DNA of 51,474 nucleotides, counting the filler, from Circinaria calcarea (Eukaryota): NCBI GenBank assembly GCA_051942165.1. It is 3 parts of 3 records of this genome, joined end to end, with 100 filler letters (N's around TTAATTAATTAA, not from the genome) between each part and the next. Parts side by side here need not be neighbours in the genome. Positions count along the whole stretch, not along the records: positions 1 to 17,145 come from JAVECS010000284.1; positions 17,246 to 34,335 come from JAVECS010000285.1; 1 more part is not named here. One strand, given 5' to 3'. Under the pieces are notes generated by a model. It saw only the letters and a program-made list of their open reading frames with translations, did no database searches and was not told where the DNA came from. Shown in pieces: positions 12,231 to 23,087 of the stretch. How positions within the stretch are numbered: position 1 is the stretch's first letter; each line of letters opens with the position of its first letter. The translations under genes and the position numbers were made by a program.

Positions 12231-14358
12231 CTCGGATAATGGTCGTCTATGCAGAATATGGATCAGATTGAAAACGATAGCGTAGTATCTGGAATTTAGA
12301 ATGCTTTCTCGTGGCAACCCGTAAATGACAAACTCGAGCACAACAGCGCTTATCGATTATTTGGGTGATCAGCAAAGGGGAGGGCGATTAACTGTCTCCG
12401 TCGATTATGCCGTAGGTGTTGCCTAATTCTCGACACCACAACCCAAAGTAAAGCATCAACACTGTGAGCCAGCAGAGTGGAGGTCTCGGAGGCAATTCTG
12501 GACAGTACGCGTTTGCCAAAATTTTATACTGTCCGTTCCAATCAGTGCAGGGGTGCACTAATCACTAAACTCAAAAATGGTGACCAGTTTCTAATTAATC
12601 TATGGTGAATCGAATGTACCTTTCCGACGGTACTCGCTATTCTGGTTTAAATCCGAGAGTGATATAAATATCCAATCTCACCTAACATCTAGATCTGATA
12701 TCTTGGTAGGCTTGATCTTCAAGTTTCTTCAGCTCATCTACTGAACAAAACCCTGGCGTACCGCGTTTGGAAATGAGCTTTACCAACCAAGAATCACAAC
12801 CATCCCATTCACAGTAAGAGCCTTCCTCAAATAATATGAAACATAACCTTTTCCCCCCTTGAATACAACTAAGAGACTAACCGTCCACTCTTCCCCTTCA
12901 ATACAACCTATAAACACTTTCAGTTAGTTGTTCGTAAAATTCTATTTCCTAGAGAGGCATAGCGGGAATTTCTAAATCTCCCTACTCCGTCCGGGGGGGG
13001 AGGGGAGCGGCATGAATAAAACGTTAATGCAACATTGGATTTTCATATTCTTTTTTTGTGTTCTTCCTTTTCTTTTCTTTCGTGCTTTTTCAATCCGCGG
13101 GATCACGGGACCGCGGGACCATTTGAATTCCTGGCTTGGATTTTCGATATTTTTTTTTGGCGGGGGGGTTTCTCAGATCTGGGACTCCCCGTTGAAAGTT
13201 TAGGTGGTGTGCTTGGGGTTGGGGGCTTATCAACTTAACCTTATTCTCGATCCCTTTTGGATCGGTATCACGTACCTACCACGCATTGGTGGACGTTTGC
13301 GCCAATCATCCCAAATTATATAACCTCGGGGACACGATATGCTTTATTGGCTTCCTCGACCCAGGAAGCTAGTAGTTTCTCAAAAACTGTACGGCGTCTT
13401 GAGATGTGCGGGACATCTAATCTGTCATCTAGTAAACGGCCCTTTGGAGGGCATCTGGCTTCAGATATAAGGTTTCAGATTACGTTTTATATATACTTAG
13501 ACAAAATGGAAGCCAGTATGTCTTTCGATAGGCTTTTCCCTTATTGCCAAATCTTGGGATGCAGAGAGGGGGAAACTTGAATTATTAAGTAGACAAGCTT
13601 GGAGGACTGCGTTATTTGGATATTAAAAGTTGTGCGCACAAATACAATGTACGAAGGGCTTAACACTGATATTACTTAGGTTCGAATCCTGATGGCGCTG
13701 CCTTTGGTGGCTCAGTGGCCTGGTGGTCTCCCCGCCCTGTTGTCTGGCATTAAGAACCTCGGCAAAATCCGCTGGCTGAGAGTTCATAGCTCAGCGCAGC
13801 GCTTAACCTTGAAATAAATGTTGAGCATGCAGTAACGTGTGGTGGCAGTCATGCTTTCTGAGTATGTAACTGTCTAAGCTATCTACGTAGAGAAAAGTGC
13901 TTTTATGATGTGTGTAGGAAGGGTTGAGCATGGACCTCCTATGCAACACATGCTTCGGTAAGCCCTATGACTTCCAACAATAAATAGCTACAAGCATTCC
14001 GGGGCATGGACCAGTTCTGGGCTTGTGGTAAGCTAAGCTGAGCTGATCGAAAGCTTGGGACGACCTACCACAGTATTCCACATGACTGTGAAAGACCACA
14101 TCTTGAGCCAACCAGATCGTAGAATAGCGCATTAAGGGAATGGATTCCGGTCAGCGCCCCTGTACTTGTTATATGCATGCGCGTGGCTGGACCTCACCGG
14201 TGTGCTAGTATTAATAGAATGGTGGGACTGCGCCAACTGATGCTTTGCTTAAAAGGAACTTCGAATTACTCTTTCTCTCTTTATTGTTTATCATCATCGC
14301 TAGTCTCGGCACTGAGATATAAGTGTAATATCTCGCTCAACTCCCTACCAGTGTGGCA

Positions 14359-15708
14359 ATGGGGCCGATTATTGATCTCTTAACTCCCAAATCAGAAAAC
14401 GTTATTCCCCCAGCTGCATTTGATAGGACCTCTTCCGATAGTTGGATTGCTCTAAACAATTCTCATTTCAACGTTGAATGGATTCAGTGTGCTTATCCCA
14501 TCAGTGGACAATATGGCCGCACGCCTCGATATTTGTACTACTGCCTCGTTATGCTAGCGGTAGTGCTGAGGTCTCGTACCTGGATTGCTACAGTGAGTAT
14601 GGCATCGGTTATGACTTATAGTGGAGCGGCTGCGGTGCACGCCCTGGTACTAGCCAGTATACGGAGGCAGCTTGTTTCGTTCGGTCGCTTCTACATTGAT
14701 ATGAACATTGGCGACGAATTGGGGCTGCCGGTCTTCCCCCAGGCATGGGAAGCAGACTCTGTTGCGGTACTCGCGGTCGTCGGAGTGGCCTTTTTGGTTC
14801 TTGCGCCAATGCAAAATTACTCCTCGACTTTCAAACACTCAGGAGCCAAGGCGGTTCTTTTCTCATGGAGCCTCCTGCTATTGATCGGCATGATGTTCGC
14901 ACTGCTTAACGAGTATTATGTTTACTTGTGGATATTCCCTCAATTCAGATTCTGTCCCCTCAATTATAATGAAACTTTACCCGTATCGAAAAGCATCTAC
15001 AATACTCCAGTCACAAAGAGCAGCATTGACGTATTTTACGAGGGAGCTTCATACTGGCCAACAAACCCTATCGATTGGAATGGAACAATATGGAATGCAT
15101 TTACAAATTCATCCAGTCAAAGATTTAAGTCGTGTATCTATCCCTGCTTCAGTACCTCGTGGTCCCTGCGGGATGATTCGGATATCACGGCATATGCATT
15201 GAAAAACGACGATTCATTCGACACCACCGTCGCGTGGAATATTCACTTGGTTATTTACGTGCTCATTCTTGCATCCGGACAAAGCAGTCTTACCATTTTC
15301 GCTGTGAATTGCTTTGGTTGGTATGACAGGTCTAGTCTGCGGTCCAGGCTTGAGCGGGCTGCTCAGTCCCGACCCCCTTTTACACAAGCAACATGGCTGA
15401 ACTACTGGGTGGTGGCTTGTACCCTGTATCTTGTCGTTATCGATACCTATGTCAAGTTTGCCAGCCCCATCACATTATGCTGTTTTGTTGCTTGGATCGA
15501 ATGGGTAATATCGTATAATCTAGGTGGTGAGACGTTTCGGCACGTTGGCCAGTGGGGGACTTTGGTGGTAGCCGGCCTCTTATTCGTTGCCGCGATTATT
15601 AGTTACTGCAGCAACATAGCTTCGGCATATACCCGATTCGATAACCTCAAGGCTATGTGGCGAATGAGGGAAAATATCCAGAAGATGCACGAAACGTTCG
15701 TACCGTAA
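14359..15708 (+). CDS. Uncharacterised intronless polytopic membrane protein (449 aa, about 7-8 hydrophobic segments)
   Basis: Long ORF with repeated hydrophobic stretches, N-terminal CAYPISGQYGRTPRYLYY, a Cys- and N-glycosylation-site-containing central loop, and a C-terminal VGQWGTLVV motif. Confidence 0.8.
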   Translation: MGPIIDLLTPKSENVIPPAAFDRTSSDSWIALNNSHFNVEWIQCAYPISGQYGRTPRYLYYCLVMLAVVLRSRTWIATVSMASVMTYSGAAAVHALVLASIRRQLVSFGRFYIDMNIGDELGLPVFPQAWEADSVAVLAVVGVAFLVLAPMQNYSSTFKHSGAKAVLFSWSLLLLIGMMFALLNEYYVYLWIFPQFRFCPLNYNETLPVSKSIYNTPVTKSSIDVFYEGASYWPTNPIDWNGTIWNAFTNSSSQRFKSCIYPCFSTSWSLRDDSDITAYALKNDDSFDTTVAWNIHLVIYVLILASGQSSLTIFAVNCFGWYDRSSLRSRLERAAQSRPPFTQATWLNYWVVACTLYLVVIDTYVKFASPITLCCFVAWIEWVISYNLGGETFRHVGQWGTLVVAGLLFVAAIISYCSNIASAYTRFDNLKAMWRMRENIQKMHETFVP

Positions 15709-16094
15709 GTTTAAGCAAGGCATTCTCGACCCTTCCACGATCGCAATAGCTAATTAAGAGCATCTAGGCGGACATAAAGAGAAGACTTTTTCCCCTATCA
15801 TAGTGGAGACAGAAGCGGCTGGACTGGAAGGCAAGGATTTCCGGAATAGCATAAAAAAAAATTGGGATTTCTCACCCATACACACATGCCACACATGGAA
15901 TAGCAGTGCAGCAACACAGCAACAGCATTATATCCAATTACTACAATAACTTCCATATACACATTGCACTGTACTACTTAATTCACGCTATCCACCTTAT
16001 AAATCCCCATCTTTAAAACCTCGAACCCTAAATCCCGCCAGTACTTTTGCCTCTTTCTCTTTTTAAAAAAGAGGCACACCGGAGCGCCTCTGTT

Positions 16095-16345
16095 TGTTGG
16101 AATATAATGGAAGGTGTGGATTTGCGTGCGGAAGTTCTGCACACGCACGCATTCCATGCAGAATATTCCCGGAGGTTCATTCGAAGCCTTGATTAACATG
16201 TTTGCTGCTCCCGCATCAAGTGGGTAAGCTACAAGTATCATGACTATTCATAAATACTACTACCACCATTCCATAGTAATTCGATAGCTTCAGCCCTTTT
16301 CGTTTTCCCTTCCAAATGCTTAGGCACAACGTGGCCCCGTAGGCA
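16095..16345 (+). repeat. Dispersed direct repeat, copy B (partner 8843-9085)
   Basis: Same orientation as copy A; roughly three-quarters identical by eye, with mismatches mostly G/A and C/T. Confidence 0.85.
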
Positions 16346-17145
16346 TTTCATCATCGATTTCCTTTTTCCCCTCTAACCAAATATCCAGTTTATCCCTCGA
16401 GTCTATTTTCCCCCCGGGGCCGGAACGAAAAGAAAAAAGATGCTAATCCTCCACACCGTCAGAACAGCTATCAAAATAAGCCCCTTACAGAATACCAACA
16501 CCGTCAATATTATCCCCCAGCGCGTCGCAAGCCAAGACGATTAATTTCCCGAACCCCGTTTCCCGGACGGACCAGGCAAATAGGCTAATTGAGAGTATTT
16601 AGGCGAAACGAAACAGATTCTTCTTCTTCTTTTTCTTCTTCCTCCCCCACGATTACCCGGTACGTACCCTTGGGGTTTGTAGTAAATAAAGCCATCAACG
16701 ATTCCCAGCCCCACTTGTTGCTATTTCAATTTAAAGAAAAGCCCCAACTATGGAGCTTAGGGCGTCCACACGACTCGTAATGGAGGATTTAGGGTTTCAT
16801 AGATCCTGCCTGTTTTTACTTCCCCTTTTTCTTTTTTTTTAAAAAAAAAAACCAAAACCCAAAACCAAAAACCAAAACGAGCTCGACCAAAGCGGAGTAT
16901 TTCAAATTCCGAACGGAATGAGAAAGAAAGGGGCCTATATACCACACCAAAGCAGATGCAGGGCTGCTCTGGCTGTTAATGCTATGGAAAAGGGGGAGGG
17001 CCAACGTTTTTAGCGTTGGACATGGGACATGGGATATGGGGGATTACCATACGAGTTAGGCTCTCATGGGTTCGAGAGTGGGGAAAGAAAGAAAGAAATG
17101 ATGCAGATAAAACAGGGTGGAATGAATGAATGGGCATGCTGCTGG

Positions 17146-17245
17146 NNNNNNNNNNNNNNNNNNNNNNNNNNNNNNNNNNNNNNNNNNNNTTAATTAATTA
17201 ANNNNNNNNNNNNNNNNNNNNNNNNNNNNNNNNNNNNNNNNNNNN
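17146..17245. other. Artificial contig spacer N44-TTAATTAATTAA-N44
   Basis: Exactly 100 nt; the central 12-mer (17190-17201) places stops in all six frames; identical to the spacer at 34336. Confidence 0.98.
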
Positions 17246-17386
17246 AACTTTCATGATTAAAAGTAAATAAACAAAAACTAACAAAAGAGTTTACAAATCT
17301 CCCCCCCCTTTTTCTCTTTTTTTCTTTTTTTCTTTTTTTCTTTTTCTCTCTCTCTCTTCTCTTTTCTTTCGAGAGAGATCCGTTTC

Positions 17387-17458
17387 GAATCGCCACGTCA
17401 TGTTCATTTGGAATCTCCATGTCATGTTCATTCGGAATCCCTGTCATACTCATTCCAC
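17387..17458. repeat. Imperfect ~24-bp tandem repeat (GAATCnCCAyGTCATGTTCATTyG, about 3 copies)
   Basis: gaatcgccacgtcatgttcatttg / gaatctccatgtcatgttcattcg / gaatccctgtcatactcattcc. Confidence 0.7.
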
Positions 17459-18173
17459 ATTCCACATCAATTCCATGGAAAATATCCCACCAAAATTTCC
17501 CATCCGGGACTAGGCTAGTATACATTTGGGGATTTTTTTCGTCGTCTTGTCTGCTTTGTCGCTTGTCAAACCTCCAAGAGGGCGAAAAGGGAAAGAAAAA
17601 AAAAAAGAATCAAAAATGAAAAATAAAACCCATTCAGCAAAACCCCCCCCCCCGTGATCGAGACCAAATGTGCCAGACATGGGGTCTACATTGATATATG
17701 CCCTCCAAGATGCGCGCCAATGTGACGCCCACACTCCAAAATCCCCCTGGTCGTACAGAAAACCATTAAGATGTGAACAGAGTATCCGCAGTAGGGGAAC
17801 GTGCAAGGCAGAGATCGGAGACCCCCAAATTGTCCCGAAATTTACAATGCCCCCGGGCAAAAATCAACTCCTGCAAGCCTGATATGGTAGTAGTGTCTGA
17901 TGTCACTGTTGTGAACGTCGCAAGAAAGCTAGAGAAATTGATATTGGTCGGCTGACGTACACGTAAACCCTTTGAGCTGGTAAGGTCGGGTGCAATTGCG
18001 CAGTTCAGAATCCTCGAGAACAAACGCACTCAAGGGTCATCACATACCCCAACATCAAAGCTGGAATATACTCGCAAATCCAAAGTAGTTAGACGCGGCC
18101 TTTAGCAAGACACTTTTCGGTTGCTCGATTCCATCAATTGATAGGTGCAGGCCGTACTATGAGTCTCACTATC

Positions 18174-21100
18174 TCATACAGTCTGAATCAAAAACGGATC
18201 CAACAACAGCTCGTCCGCATTCGGTCTCTTGTTTTGATCATTCTCGAATGTTTTCTTGAGAAACGCGATTCCAACAGGACTCGCTTCCTCTGGGATGGCC
18301 GGCTGAGCTGAATTACCAATCTGGAAGATGGCTTGCAACTGCGAAAGGTTGGGGAACGGATGAGCACCGGTATACATCTCGACGACCAAGCAGCCAAGAG
18401 ACCAAATGTCAGCTTTGCGGGTATACGAGGTTTGCTGGACGACCTCGGGAGCCATCCAGAAGACGGATCCTTGAAGCGATGGGCGGTGGATATGACCTCC
18501 GGTCTTTCCTGACCCCAAGGTACTCAAATCGTCTTTCTTCGAAATACCGAAATCGGAGATCTTGATGTTGCCCTTGTTATCGACGAGCACGTTGGCACCC
18601 TTAATGTCACGATGGATGATGTTTCTACCGTGAAGGTAGGACAGACCGTCCACGATTTGCCGAACGAAATTCCGGATGAGTGTCTCCCGTAGTTTTCCGT
18701 AAGAATTGAGCATGGCTGCGACTGAACCACCCGGAACGTACTCGAGGAAAATGTTGAAGTGATCTTTGTCCGAATTAGAGCCAAGGTACTGCACGATATT
18801 CTTATGTTGTAGGTCGCGCAAAAGGTCAATCTCATGCTTGAGGGCGGCAAGCATGACCTGCTTTTTCTTGTTGATTTCGCTATCTTCGTTCGATGGCACA
18901 TCAACCTGTTTGACGGCCATCAATTCGCCGGTGACGGCATGAAGAGCTAGGAAGACACTGCCAAAGGAGCCTTGACCAATTAAGGCCCCCTGCATCCACT
19001 TGATCTCATCCCAAGATTGACCCTTGAGGAACTGATCGAGCTCCTCATCCGGCCCTTCTCCATCTTCAGCTATAACTTGACTCAGCTGAGTCAACGACCC
19101 AACGTCTGTAGTTGGTCCACTGCTACCCGATTCGTCAAAGTAGCTCTGAGACGCGGTTCGGCCATCCGGATCGGTAATGTTGATAGCAGCGGAATCTGAA
19201 GCACTCTCAAAGGAAACGTAAGACTTGCGATTGGGCTCCGTCGGTGACTCTTCCTGTAAGGGCTGTAATGATGTCGAAATGATGGAGTCCCTGAAAGACG
19301 CGTTCGGTAAGGCGAATCTCGAGACCGATAGAGGTCGAGGACCCCGAGATAATTGCGATGAACCTGTTAACCAGGTATCTGCAATGTTAGGTAATGGTGG
19401 AGCGTCCCTCAAATTAGAGACAAAGCTGACATTGCTCACAACACTGAGTCTACTAGCCGCCCTACTTAAGCGGGCTGATCTTCGTAGAGACTGATTGACA
19501 ACCTTCTCCATTTCATCTTTTTTGTGGTCCGGGAAATAGGTTGTAAGTTCTTGACTGATCAGCTCGCTCGGCGGTCTAGCGCCAAAGTACTTCTTCATCT
19601 CGTTTTTAGGAGCACGACGAGAATCTGTTCGCTCCGGGCGGCGTACTTCTTGTGCTGGCGTTGTTTCGTTACGGTCCCGGTCAGGTATTGCTCTCGGCGC
19701 ACGGGAGGGAGCATTAAACGTTGCAGGTGAGAGCGGATACTTGACGGCATCCCAGGTTTCGCCGGTAAGCTTCTGTATCTTAGCCTGATTGCGGGTGTTG
19801 TTGGTGGCTATTGCGCTGGTATGGGTCTCATACTGCTCCTCGAGGGATATGCCAGCTGCTTTCCGTAGCTCCTCTGCATTGGGCTCTCCGGCATGGAGTT
19901 TCCGAAGTATAAGCCGACCTCGTTCGACTCTGGAGTGATCTAGACATATGCGCACTAATTCTTGAGCTTCCAAACGACGGCAATTGTTGGGATCTTGATC
20001 GATTCCGTCAAGCACATAGAAGCAATAATTCTTGACATGTATCTCGGGAAGATTGAGCTTCCGCAACACGTTCAGAGTTATGTCTTCGGCTGTCTTGCAG
20101 CCCCTGACGTCCAAGACTTTAGTTTGGCCGTTGTTGTAGATGACGCGGATTACAGGGTGTCCAATAGGCAATTTCCCCATAGTGGAATCAAAAGGAAAAG
20201 GAGTGCATTTTTTGCCGTTTAACACTGGATCTACAGGGGTTTCAGGCCGCCGACCAGATATCGTTTTCGCCGAGTTCGGATTACTAAAATAACCTTGAGA
20301 TTGCTCTCTTCTCGAGCTTTCAATAGGGCTCATATTGCCATAGCGATGAGCTCTGGTCCTGCCGTCCGGTTCCGCGAGGGGTGAACTTGGTCTACCATTG
20401 TTATAGTCCAGCATTGAGGGTTCGATCTGGCGAGAGATACGACGATTGGCGGAAGGAGGAGGGTGGGTACGTTCCCTTGCATGGCTTGGATGCTTCGGAG
20501 ATCCTGATGATGATGGTGTGTATAGTGTTCGGCTATCGAGGGCTGCAATCGAGTCTCTATTGCGCTTCTTGAGGTTTCCAATTGACCTGGTTCTGAGGCC
20601 CTTGATACCCACAAAGATTCGAATTCGATCCCCGATTTTGGTGATACCCATTTCCTTTAGCACCGCATGATCGCATTCAATAAGGTTACTACCAGTAACG
20701 TTGTTGGCTGCGCTCACCGTCAGTTACGCTGCCCATATGTAGATACAGCGGTTTGAAACGAGGGAAAGAAGTGCTGAGGACACGAGAAGGCGGGAAGACA
20801 TTGGAAGGCTAAACAGCTGATGGGTTTTCTACTTTCTTTTGAGGTACGCCATTCAACGATCAACGCCGACTGGCTCATTCAACGGAGTACGAACCTTTAA
20901 ACGCATGCTCGTACTGGGAGCAGTTGATAGTCCGTAACCAGTCCCCTACTCGTTTCTCGTCCCAGGATCTATGGGTCGGCTAGTCAGCCAAGGTCCATCA
21001 CTGAGCAGCGCGCCCACCGGCTTCCCTATTGTAGTACTCACCGGACAGAATCTGGACCATCGTACGCTTCGGAGAATTCCGACTCCGTGGGGCTGGCAAA

Positions 21101-21235
21101 TGAGCCATTGTTCGTGCTTCCCATGACCGGTGTCCTATGACTTGCTGTGCTCGACCCGTAATCCCTGGTCGAGGATACCTGTGTGGTCCCTCCCAATGTT
21201 GATGGGAAAGAGGTTTTGTGTGCAAGCATTGCCAT
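18174..21235 (-). CDS. STE11: MAP kinase kinase kinase Ste11/SteC (SAM + Ras-association + kinase), 933 aa; exons 21235-21042, 20968-20895, 20707-18174
   Basis: SAM domain reconstructed across introns (SWDEKRVGDWLRTINCSQY...LKEMGITKIGDRIRIF). RA-like region IRVIYNNGQTK and RPPSELISQEL motif. Kinase motifs GQGSFG, MAVKQV, HRDIKGANVL, DFG and GSVFWMAPE. Canonical splice sites sum to an integral reading frame. Confidence 0.96.
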
Positions 21236-22420
21236 GTTCAGTCCAGCTCAGAAGACGATTTTGTAGTGCAACTTCCAGCCTATATGCCATACATTTCGCA
21301 CAAATTCTCGGTCGATTCTCAACGGCGGATAAGACTGAGGTGCGATGCTCTCGGTTGACGTTCGCTTATAGGATAGGGGATCCGCCGACGATAGGCGCTG
21401 TGAAGTAGCGAAATGGTTGAAGGAAGTGAAAGAAGCAAAGCAACGTTTGTCTGGTCGAGTGAGGTCGGAGGTGATAGCCTTGGCTTTGAACAGGACGCTT
21501 AAAGAAGGTCCTGTGCGGAGATTTCGACGGTGTTGGCTGTGATGCGCAGGTCTCGGGTAGGTGGGCGGATAAAGGCCAACAGCAGTGAATCAAATGAGGC
21601 TCCAGGTCAAACGTTCACAGCGGTGAACTGACATCTGCTCTCATGATCCACAGGACGATACAAGACACTGGATTAGCCTGGTGGACTCGCCAGACAACTG
21701 GCCGTGGAAGCCAAGGGTCAAGAGGAGAAGCGGAGGCTGCCCGGTATCGAAGAGGGTTGGTGGTGACGACGAATTTTCAATAACCGCCTTTGTCCTGGCG
21801 CGACAATGGAAAAGAAGCGAGTGGGGGAGATGGACGATCCCTAGCAAAGGCGGTTGGGAGGATGCCTGATGATGCTGATCAACAATACTAAGGTCGAGGA
21901 GAGCAGAGATCAGATCCTCTGCCAGACATGAAAGCAACTAACTACCAGCGGCCCCCTCGAGGCTGACACGCTGCGACCGCACCCCAAAGAATAGGCTGAA
22001 GGTGTTCACGAGATTGCTTTGCTCCAGTCTGTCTACGACTTGATTTCTCTCTCTCTTACTCTCAGAGAGACACACACATACATAAGCCTCGAAGAAAGTT
22101 ACAGTCCCCTACGTGTTGATGGCTGACTTGCGGCACGTTACCCTCCATTCCGCCAATGACGGGTGTTTCCCTCCCTTAGCTCCACAAGGATGAAACCCTC
22201 GAGCCAAACCATTGCGTTTCACAGCCTTCGACTACGACGGCTAGAGCCCCGCCCAGAGTCAGTGGCGTCCAGCCCCCACCATTCCCGATACGAACACGAA
22301 AAGCATTCTGTACATGTGCGCCTCTCCTCCGACAAGACAAGTGCCTGGCTCAAGTAATTCCATCCAACGCGACGGTTTCGGTGTGCTCGTACATCTCATA
22401 TTTGTCTGATTCACGGCCCC

Positions 22421-22541
22421 TGATGCTGATGCCGATGCCGATGCCGATGCCGGTGCTGATGCTGATGCTGATTTGCAGATGCAGTCCCGCCCGAGGTAGC
22501 ACTTTGAGGGGCGGTGAGGTCTGAGGTCTGAGGTCTGAGGT
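22421..22541. repeat. Microsatellites: (GATGCY)n hexamer array about 22421-22472 and (GAGGTCT)~4 about 22516-22541
   Basis: tgatgctgatgccgatgccgatgccgatgccggtgctgatgctgatgctgat; gaggtctgaggtctgaggtctgaggtc. Confidence 0.85.
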
Positions 22542-23087
22542 CCTCCCGATTACTAAATAATAAACTTTCATCTGGTGAACCTATCAGTTGCCAACCCCCC
22601 TACCACGGATCCACCCTCTCAGCGGTCCTTTGGCATGACGATGACTTGCAGTAAGTGCCTCGGTATGCCTTTTGCAATCCCGATAATACACCCCCCCCCC
22701 AGTCCACCAAGTCCGTTCGTTCAGCCTCTCATCCGTTCCAAGGTGCTGTGGGAAAGAGTGCCGGTGATAGAGCACAGAATAGCTGGGATCGAACGTGGCT
22801 GACTTGAGGTGGAGGTCTGTCCGAGCATGCCAAGGGCACTCGGGCTCCACTCTTCGGAGAATTTTAGGAGTGCATGACGTTTCCCTACTGCACCAGCCCT
22901 GCAGCTGCATCTAGGCTATCGACACGCACTCGCAACACTATCGGGACAGGACCGCAGAATCATAGAGACGTGATTACAGAACCGGCGTGCACGCTCCGAG
23001 GAGGAGCAAGGCCCAAAAGGGTCCGAGCCAAAAGCTCGTGATGCCCCCCGCCTGGGACTGAGCGCCTCGTTGCTTAGACTCATGCAC

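Noticed and set aside
13631..13730. tRNA or permuted tRNA: T-arm-like TTAGG-TTCGAAT-CCTGA followed by A-box-like TGGCTCAGTGG
   Set aside because: No complementary acceptor stem or anticodon arm in either arrangement; at most a chance match or tRNA/SINE relic.
17190..17201. TTAATTAATTAA as a biological palindrome or target site
   Set aside because: Centred in exactly 44+44 Ns and repeated identically; it is a six-frame stop linker.
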